Shown here one piece after another: positions 1-6,537 of a stretch of 50,409 nucleotides of DNA. Origin of the DNA: a virus (Duplodnaviria; Caudoviricetes); IMG/VR virus record IMGVR_UViG_3300010052_000152, positions 1 to 50,409 of that record. The stretch is one strand, 5' to 3'. Numbering within the stretch: position 1 is the first letter of the stretch; every line of letters starts with the position of its first letter. A program made the translations under genes and the position numbers. The notes under the pieces were generated by a model that was not told the origin of the DNA, ran no database searches, and saw only the letters and a list, made by a program, of their open reading frames with translations.

Positions 1-228
1 TCATTGATCGCTCCAGTTGAGGCATCCAGTGGTGGTGCAGCGCCCGCTGCAGAGCCCATCGCTGGCGCGCACGGTGTATTTGAGGGTGCCGGGACACCTG
101 GTGCAGCCCATCTGCCCGCGCACGTCCTGCGGCGGCTTGTAGGCCGGCGGCTGGCAGTGCTGGCGCTTGATCTTGTTCAGCGCCTGGGCCGTATAGCTGG
201 CCATGCGATTGAAGCGGGCGGTGGTCAT
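1..228 (-). CDS. Small Cys-rich (Zn-ribbon-like) hypothetical protein, 75 aa
   Basis: ATGA overlap with the PurA-like stop. C-terminal CTRC...GRCTTTGCLNW resembles the C-terminus of ORF 4885-5406. Confidence 0.7.
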   Translation of the reverse strand: MTTARFNRMASYTAQALNKIKRQHCQPPAYKPPQDVRGQMGCTRCPGTLKYTVRASDGLCSGRCTTTGCLNWSDQ

Positions 229-1277
229 TTGGATTCTTTTTCGATGTGATCGCGGGTTTCCCCGTGGCTCCGAAGGTCAGCGCCCGTTACCGGCGCCAGC
301 TGGTCGCAGTGCGTCAGCACCAACCGGAAGGGCCCGTCGGCGTCCGCCGCGCAGCGCGCGCGCAGGCCAGAATCCAGTGGCGCGAAGCGCACGGCGCCCT
401 GGTACGGATGGGGCACGTTCGTCTTGTCCTCGAACGACATGCCTGGGTTATGCCCGGGCAGGGGGCCCGCGCCGTGCCGCGTCAGGTAGGTGCGGGACAC
501 GTAGTAGGGGTCAATGCCCTTGATGCCCGCCTGGGCACACAGAATGCGCACGTTTTTCATGCCGGTGCTGGACCGGGTGACATGCGGGAAAAAAATCTTG
601 TTGTCCTGGTCCAGCAGCAGGCCCTGGGCGCCTTCGAAGACCGGGTCTTTGCACTGGGCAATCCCGGCCGGGTGCACCGCGGCCGCGAACATTTCGCAAC
701 CGTGCAGGAACTGGGTGATCATGGCCTCGGGCTTGTCGATCGCCTGGCCGGTGCGGAATTTCGAGTACTTCCCGCATATCTCGGCCAGCTGCGCCTGCAG
801 ACGGGGCCGGTTGAAGTTCCAGAGGTCGGCCATCGTGATCTTGAGCTGCGGGAGTTCCGACCGATTGATGGTTTCGCTGAAACCCAGGCCCACCGAGCCG
901 TGGCGGCCGGCGCCGCGCTTGTCCTCGATGCGCTGGTTGATCATCATGTCGGCGAAGGTGGTCACCAGGCAGGAGGGGTGCGCGAAAACGACCGGCACCA
1001 CGCCCACCTTGCGTAGCTCGTCGACTTCCCGGAAAAACATCAACGGGTTGCAAACGAAAAATTGCGACAGGAAGGTGGGCACGCCGGCGAAGGTGCCGGA
1101 GCCCACATGCTGGAACACGTGCCGCCGGCCGTCCGGGGTGACGACGGTATGCCCAGCCTGGGCGCCGCCGTTGAAGCGGACCACCGCCCCTGCGCCCTCG
1201 TGGGCGCAGAGGTAGTCCGTCATCAGGCCCTTGCCTTCGTCGCCGAAATTGGCGCCTATGACGACACGCGCCCGCAT
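225..1277 (-). CDS. Adenylosuccinate synthetase-like (PurA-fold) protein, short divergent paralog, 350 aa
   Basis: Motifs GANFGDEGKG, RFNGGAQAGHT, FEGAQG, HVTRS, YLTRHGAGP and THCD. The canonical TTGRxRR loop is replaced by PYQGAVR. Confidence 0.9.
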   Translation of the reverse strand: MRARVVIGANFGDEGKGLMTDYLCAHEGAGAVVRFNGGAQAGHTVVTPDGRRHVFQHVGSGTFAGVPTFLSQFFVCNPLMFFREVDELRKVGVVPVVFAHPSCLVTTFADMMINQRIEDKRGAGRHGSVGLGFSETINRSELPQLKITMADLWNFNRPRLQAQLAEICGKYSKFRTGQAIDKPEAMITQFLHGCEMFAAAVHPAGIAQCKDPVFEGAQGLLLDQDNKIFFPHVTRSSTGMKNVRILCAQAGIKGIDPYYVSRTYLTRHGAGPLPGHNPGMSFEDKTNVPHPYQGAVRFAPLDSGLRARCAADADGPFRLVLTHCDQLAPVTGADLRSHGETRDHIEKESK

Positions 1278-2188
1278 CAGGAAGCCCCGAGCAGGGGCCG
1301 GCTTGCGGTGCCCCGCGGCAGACCCTTGACGGCGTCCAGGACCACGCCGCTGTGAGCGCCCCAGCCGCCAGCGGACACGGCGGCGTCGCGGCCTTCTGCG
1401 ACCTCGATGGCGCTCACGATGGTTTCGGCCAGGCGCTTGTGGTCGGACAGGAAGATGACGCGCTGGCCCAGCAGGTTCTTCCAGCCTGCGGCCACGCGAT
1501 CACCGTATTGCCTGGCGTGGCTGCCTTCCATGACGACGATGTGGAAAACGTCATAGGTGCGCTGTGCCATTGCCAGCAGGTCCGCGGTGGACAGTGTGGC
1601 CTCGATATCGTCGCCACACACGGCCTTGATCTGGTCGCGAGTGAGCGCGGCTGGCACTTCCTCGTCGCCGATCGTGAAGAGGTAGCCCCGCTTGCCGCGC
1701 TTCACGAAGCTGTCGTGCTCGGTGTGCATCGCTGCGAAGTACCAGGGGAGGTTGTAGCTCTCGAAGCTGTTCCCGCCGCCGCCCTTCTCCAGCCAGATCT
1801 GCGTCAACTGCTCAACGATGCGGTTGTCGGCCTCGAACTGCGAAACCTGCAGCGGAGCGCGGTCCGTGTTCGCGTCGCCCACGGCCATGAACATGACGTG
1901 CGGGTCCGTGATCGGCTTGCGGTCCAGGATGCTGGTGAACAGCGTTCCCAGGCCTTCACGGGCGATCACATCGGCGATCATGCCCATGCTGCCGGTCACG
2001 TCGACGGCGACGATCAGAGGCGTGGCCTGCGGGTTGTCGGCGCTGTCGCGGGACTCGCGCAGCTTGACACCCCTGGGGTCGAGACTGGAATTGATCGACT
2101 TGGACGAATAGATTTCGTCGGTCGTTTTGCTGCGCGTGCTGGCTGAAAAGCTGGCGTATGCGCCTGGATCGAAAGTACCTGCACCCAT
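1277..2188 (-). CDS. von Willebrand factor A (vWA) domain protein, 303 aa
   Basis: MIDAS-like VDVTGSM, plus GGG..ESY and IGDE motifs. AGGAG RBS. TGATG overlap with the PurA-like gene. Confidence 0.85.
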   Translation of the reverse strand: MGAGTFDPGAYASFSASTRSKTTDEIYSSKSINSSLDPRGVKLRESRDSADNPQATPLIVAVDVTGSMGMIADVIAREGLGTLFTSILDRKPITDPHVMFMAVGDANTDRAPLQVSQFEADNRIVEQLTQIWLEKGGGGNSFESYNLPWYFAAMHTEHDSFVKRGKRGYLFTIGDEEVPAALTRDQIKAVCGDDIEATLSTADLLAMAQRTYDVFHIVVMEGSHARQYGDRVAAGWKNLLGQRVIFLSDHKRLAETIVSAIEVAEGRDAAVSAGGWGAHSGVVLDAVKGLPRGTASRPLLGAS

Positions 2189-2252
2189 GGTGTGCTCCTA
2201 GTTCAAGGTTGTGCGGCCAAAAGGCGTGGCCGCTTCGCGTCGAGATCGGTGT

Positions 2253-2885
2253 TTATGTGGCCTTGTCGCAGCGGCCGCGGCAGCCCGTGGAAACCATCGG
2301 GCACTCGCCGCAATCGAAGTAGGTGTCGGCCTTGGCATCCGGGAGGGCCGCCGGCGGTGCTGTCGGCCGCGGGTCCTCGAACATGCCAAGCACCTTGTCC
2401 CATAGCGCCGTGGGCACGTTCACCGTGGTCCAGCGGCCGGCCGTGGACTTGCGCCTGTTTGGGTCACCATGTGAGCACGCCGCCAGCTGCCGAATCAGGG
2501 AATGGAGTTCCAGGGTCTGGTGGCCGTCGCAAGGGCAATCGTTGCGGCATGCAGGGACGCTGTTCATGTTGTGGGGGTAGGGGTACTTGCGGCAGGGGAT
2601 GGCGTAAAACAATGCTCGCGGCCCCTCCACGGCCCGCGCCAGTTCCACCGGCACGGCCGCCTCGGCGGAAAACTGCGTTTCCACGTCGATCTCGCTCGGC
2701 TCGTCGGGCACCGGCTCTTCCGGCATCCAGCAGCTCTCGTCCTCGTCCTGGTTTTGAGGGTTTCCTGGATGCGTGCAGCTGTTGCAAGGCGGGCTCAAGT
2801 GGCAGCTGCAGTTGCCATCCCCGAACTGGGCGTTAAATTGGTCGCGCTCGGCCTGTGCTTCGGCCGTCAAGGTGCGTGTGGTCAT
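2253..2885 (-). CDS. Cys-rich hypothetical phage protein, 210 aa
   Basis: ATGA overlap with the upstream gene. Three Cys clusters, including CSCHLSPPCNSC. Confidence 0.65.
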   Translation of the reverse strand: MTTRTLTAEAQAERDQFNAQFGDGNCSCHLSPPCNSCTHPGNPQNQDEDESCWMPEEPVPDEPSEIDVETQFSAEAAVPVELARAVEGPRALFYAIPCRKYPYPHNMNSVPACRNDCPCDGHQTLELHSLIRQLAACSHGDPNRRKSTAGRWTTVNVPTALWDKVLGMFEDPRPTAPPAALPDAKADTYFDCGECPMVSTGCRGRCDKAT

Positions 2886-3538
2886 TGCTGGATCTCCTGT
2901 AGCGCTTCGTCGCGCGCAGTGTTGATTTCGGCTGTCTTCGCGGTGCGCGCGGCACGCTCCGACTCGGGGCCTTTGTCGGGGTGGTGCTCGCTCACCAGGG
3001 CGCGATACCGCGCCTGGACTTCCTCGGCCGTCTGGCCGTTGGGTGTGATGAACTGCAGAACCTCTCGCCAGGGCCTTTTCATGCCGGCCACGATGGGCGC
3101 GGGCAGGGCGGTGAAACCCGTGAAGGCCCGGTCCAGGATGGCGGCGCCGCCGTGGCGCTCGATCGCGCGCATTGCCTCAATGGTGGCCGCCAGCGCCGCG
3201 ATGTTCTGCGCCACATCCGTGTAGCGGTCGATCGCCATACAGCGGTCCTTGCCCATGTCGGACCAGTAGACGGCCACGCCAGGATCGTCCGGCTTGCGCT
3301 CGCCGCTGCGCGGCCGGCCGCTGAGCGTTGGCTGCACGTTGGAGCTGATGACCACGTCGTCCTCTCCAATGGCCATGCGCAGCAACTCGGCCAGCAACCG
3401 GTCGACGGCACCGGCGACGGTGATGTTTTCCGCCGTTTGCCCATAGGACTTTGTCGAGAAGCGGCCGATGTCTCGGCGGTTCGGCGGCGTGCGCTTCCAG
3501 CCGGTAGGCCAGGCCAATGGATATCGGGTAGGGTTCAT
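2882..3538 (-). CDS. J-domain (DnaJ-like) protein, 218 aa
   Basis: C-terminal helical domain YRALVSEHHPDKG...EINTARDEAL carrying the HPD motif. Confidence 0.85.
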   Translation of the reverse strand: MNPTRYPLAWPTGWKRTPPNRRDIGRFSTKSYGQTAENITVAGAVDRLLAELLRMAIGEDDVVISSNVQPTLSGRPRSGERKPDDPGVAVYWSDMGKDRCMAIDRYTDVAQNIAALAATIEAMRAIERHGGAAILDRAFTGFTALPAPIVAGMKRPWREVLQFITPNGQTAEEVQARYRALVSEHHPDKGPESERAARTAKTAEINTARDEALQEIQQ

Positions 3539-3831
3539 GATGCTTCCTTACTGATGAAACGGATGGGGGGCACGTCGCGCTGCGTATTGGCGATGGCCCG
3601 GGCCAGGCTCGAAATCGCGGGCTTGATGCGCACGCGCACCTCTGCCAGCTTCTTGTGGCAATGAATGCAGGTGCCGCCCTTGAGGCCGCCGGCGTGATCG
3701 CTCCACTCGTGATAGGCGGTGGTTTGGTGGGCGTAGGGCGGCTTCTGCTGGCGCACGACTGGGCAGCGCAGCGTCTCGAAGCGAGCGGCGCGGCCGTGCA
3801 CGGTGTTGGCGAGATTGCGGGGGTCGTACAT
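3535..3831 (-). CDS. Hypothetical protein, 98 aa (CxxC)
   Basis: Start reassigned to ATG 3831, which overlaps the upstream stop (TGATG). Confidence 0.6.
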   Translation of the reverse strand: MYDPRNLANTVHGRAARFETLRCPVVRQQKPPYAHQTTAYHEWSDHAGGLKGGTCIHCHKKLAEVRVRIKPAISSLARAIANTQRDVPPIRFISKEAS

Positions 3832-4490
3832 CACGTCACCCGCTTGAACTCGACCACCCACACCCAGGGGTTGGCATCCCAGCTGCTGGAGCCGTTGATC
3901 TGTTCCCAAAGGGTGCGGTACAAGCTGTAGGCGCTGTCGTTGAAGTGGGTTTTCCCGTCAGGCATAAGGCATTCGTAGATGCCGTAGCAAGCATCCGAGC
4001 GCCGCGCTGCGCTTGAGATGCGGATGCCCTCCGCAACGGCATCAGCCTCGCTGATGTCCTGCAGCCGCTCGACGCGCACGTCGGTGATTTCCAGCGTGAT
4101 GCGGGAAAGGCCGCGTGGGCAGTGCATCGAAGGCAGATAAGTCCGCTTCCATGGCCACGCATCTGCGACGGTGAATACGCCGTCAGCGGCATAGACAGAA
4201 AGCACGGGGCCAGTGCCGTCATCTGGCTCCTGATCCGGCACCAGGCGAATCGCCTCACGCACCCACAGGTGATCGCCGGGCACGCCGTGAGGGCAAGGTT
4301 TGCCGCTCATGGTGTTCATTTGCACATCGCCGTCGTAGTTAGTCGGGTAGTCCCAGCTCGGAACCCCGTTGACCACATCGACAGGTTCGCGCTCGAACTG
4401 CGGCTTCACCGCCCGCCGCGTTTGTGTCTTGCTGCCATTGAGCAGCGCCAGCACCATCGGCGAGCTGAAAAGGATGGGGCGGTTTTTCAT
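3831..4490 (-). CDS. Conserved phage protein, ASCH/PUA-like, 219 aa
   Basis: MKNRPILFS..GSKTQTRR, GDHLWVRE, SRITLEITDVRVERLQDISE, WDANPWVWVVEF. ATGA-coupled start at 4490. Confidence 0.75.
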   Translation of the reverse strand: MKNRPILFSSPMVLALLNGSKTQTRRAVKPQFEREPVDVVNGVPSWDYPTNYDGDVQMNTMSGKPCPHGVPGDHLWVREAIRLVPDQEPDDGTGPVLSVYAADGVFTVADAWPWKRTYLPSMHCPRGLSRITLEITDVRVERLQDISEADAVAEGIRISSAARRSDACYGIYECLMPDGKTHFNDSAYSLYRTLWEQINGSSSWDANPWVWVVEFKRVT

Positions 4491-4897
4491 TTGCCCCTCC
4501 ACGCAAAGGACAGCGGCTCGGCCATGATCCACAGGTGGCGCATGTTGGCCACGTTGACCACGTCCAGGTCGTGCGGGTACACCTCGACCGCGTCGTATTG
4601 GCCGTAGCCGCACTCGGCCTTCAAGCGCTGCAGGTCTTCCCAGGCGATGCCGTCCTGCCAGCGATTGCCGGCGCGCCGCGTGAGGTTGACCGACAGGCGC
4701 GCGATGCAGGGCGCCGGCTCGGTGAACACCTGCACCAGGTAGTCCTGGCTACGCCAGACTTCCTTCAAGCCAGGCAGGCCCGCTTGGGGCCACTCGGCCG
4801 GCGGAATCACCACCAGGAACTTGGGCATCTTGGCGTTTTCCCTGGCCAGGTAGCGAGCGGCCATCCGCCGCTCGGCGCGGTTCGTCACTCCATCCAT
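4487..4897 (-). CDS. Hypothetical phage protein, about 136 aa
   Basis: WEDLQRLK..AVEVYP..VVNVANMRHLW motif, common in phage proteins. Start is ATG 4897 or GTG 4888. Confidence 0.65.
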   Translation of the reverse strand: MDGVTNRAERRMAARYLARENAKMPKFLVVIPPAEWPQAGLPGLKEVWRSQDYLVQVFTEPAPCIARLSVNLTRRAGNRWQDGIAWEDLQRLKAECGYGQYDAVEVYPHDLDVVNVANMRHLWIMAEPLSFAWRGK

Positions 4898-5406
4898 GAC
4901 AAGCACCCCACGGTTTCGCATTTGCCGTGCACGTGGCCGTTGTAGGCGGCCTGGGACAGGTGCAGCCGGCCCTTGCAGACAGGGCACTCGACCACCTCGG
5001 CCTTGGCCACGCGATTCTTCTTCGTCCAGGTCCTCCAGTCTTTCAAGACGGTGCCAATCAGGCGCATCCGGTCCATGGCCTGCTCGAGTTCGTCGACGCG
5101 GGCCTCGCCCTGTTCGCGGGTGGAACGCAGCCACCGCGGGCATTTGGCTAACTGCTCTTCCTCCGACTGCTTCCCGCCATCGGTGCAGCACATCCGCTGG
5201 AAGATTCCCGAACTGGGGTAGTACCCAAGCCCTGGAATCCTGTTGCGAGGGTCGCTCGGATCGGCGCGGCCGAACTGGTCCAGGTAGACCACACCAGCCT
5301 TACAGTGGCCATGGGGCTCTTTGCCGCCGATCATCGTCACGCCGGCCGGGTCGTAGTGCTGGCAATACATCATCGTGTGGGCGATGTGGTCTTCGCGGTC
5401 CTTCAT
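4885..5406 (-). CDS. Cys-rich hypothetical protein with C-terminal Zn ribbon, 173 aa
   Basis: CPVC...GKCETVGCLSW. Coupled by overlaps at both ends. Confidence 0.7.
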   Translation of the reverse strand: MKDREDHIAHTMMYCQHYDPAGVTMIGGKEPHGHCKAGVVYLDQFGRADPSDPRNRIPGLGYYPSSGIFQRMCCTDGGKQSEEEQLAKCPRWLRSTREQGEARVDELEQAMDRMRLIGTVLKDWRTWTKKNRVAKAEVVECPVCKGRLHLSQAAYNGHVHGKCETVGCLSWME

Positions 5407-5879
5407 GACTGCACCTCCGGGCCCACCTGGATGCGCTTCATCTGCTCGACACTCCAGCGCGCGGCGCGATCGGCGATGCCGTGGCGGTCCAACTCAATCA
5501 CGTCATCCATGACGTAGGCGGCGGCCCGGGCGATCTGCAGCTCGGTGCCGTTGAACCCCGCGCGGCCGGTGGCTCGGTACCGGTCAACCACGGGGTTGAT
5601 GATCAGCAGCTGGTCGGCCAGGACCTGGAACGCCTCGTCGGTGAACAGGATCCCGTCCTCGGCCATCAGCTCCATCATCTTGCTGTAGGTGAGGGCGTTG
5701 CTGATCCACTCGAGCAGGTGTTCTTTCGTCGCCCGGCCGGCGGTGAAGTTGGCGATCATGTCCCAGTGGATGACCTTGCAGGTGCTCTGCTGTTCGGGCG
5801 TCGCCTTGGGGCGAAACCACTTCGGCAGGACCTGCTGCTGATGCTTGAGACGTGCGGCTTGTCGGTGTGCAGTGTTCAT
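5403..5879 (-). CDS. Hypothetical protein, 158 aa
   Basis: Clean ORF in the operon direction with an ATGA overlap. Confidence 0.7.
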   Translation of the reverse strand: MNTAHRQAARLKHQQQVLPKWFRPKATPEQQSTCKVIHWDMIANFTAGRATKEHLLEWISNALTYSKMMELMAEDGILFTDEAFQVLADQLLIINPVVDRYRATGRAGFNGTELQIARAAAYVMDDVIELDRHGIADRAARWSVEQMKRIQVGPEVQS

Positions 5880-5893
5880 GGTGGTGCTCGGTT

Positions 5894-5976
5894 AAAAAAG
5901 GTCAGGCCGGGCGGCTACTACCCCGCAGCTGTGCTGTGTTGAATTAAAGAGAGGCACAGCACAGCTTCTTCCGGCC
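5894..5976 (-). other. Intergenic three-way-junction stem-loop followed by a U-tract (terminator/attenuator or ncRNA candidate)
   Basis: Perfect 12-bp inverted repeat 5927-5938/5955-5966. Closing stem GGCCGG/CCGGCC, side hairpin GCGG/CCGC, A6 run at 5894-5899. Confidence 0.55.
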
Positions 5977-5987
5977 CGGTAACTGGG

Positions 5988-6251
5988 TTAGGCGTCGAAT
6001 TTGGTGGGCCCGTGGACCATCAGCTGCAGCGGGTTGGGCTGCGCGCCCTGCGGGCTGATGGCGATGCGCGCTTCGAGGCCATCGACGCTTACGGCCGCGC
6101 CCTGCAGGTTGATGCCGGGCTGCAGGCCGTGGAACTGGAATGGCAGGTTGCATTGAGCGCACTGGATCTTCACGTCGGCCATATAGCCGCCGCTCGTCTC
6201 CAGGAAGGTCACATCAACCCGGGCGTTGAAATCTTCGTGTTTACAGGTCAT
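5988..6251 (-). CDS. Hypothetical protein, 87 aa (CxH..CxxC)
   Basis: ORF in the operon direction filling the gap. Confidence 0.6.
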   Translation of the reverse strand: MTCKHEDFNARVDVTFLETSGGYMADVKIQCAQCNLPFQFHGLQPGINLQGAAVSVDGLEARIAISPQGAQPNPLQLMVHGPTKFDA

Positions 6252-6277
6252 AGTGGTGCTTTCAAAAGGGGAGAAAC

Positions 6278-6535
6278 ATGGCGACCAAACCGACCCGCAC
6301 GGCCGCGCAGCTGCAGGCCTTGATCAAAGAGCGCATCGACCAGATCCCGGAACTGATCGACGACCTGGGCGGCCGGGAGAATACGGATGTAGATGCCGGC
6401 GGGGTGGTGTGGCGCGAGCCCGTGGAAGGCGCGGCCAACTGGACGGTGATGGTCCTGCGCAACGCGGAGAGCTACCGCACGGACATTGCGCGGATCATTC
6501 GCCAGCTGCAGGAACAGTTCGACCTTGAGGATTGA
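6278..6535 (+). CDS. Hypothetical protein, 85 aa, antisense to the left operon (moron-like)
   Basis: AGGGGAG RBS. Fits exactly between the flanking minus-strand genes. Confidence 0.65.
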   Translation: MATKPTRTAAQLQALIKERIDQIPELIDDLGGRENTDVDAGGVVWREPVEGAANWTVMVLRNAESYRTDIARIIRQLQEQFDLED

Positions 6536-6537
6536 CA

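Noticed and set aside
225-1277. PurZ / 2-aminoadenine (Z-genome) pathway
   Set aside because: The P-loop is GDEGKG (Asp), not the Ser-type PurZ signature. No DatZ-, MazZ- or DNA polymerase-like gene is recognisable in the window.
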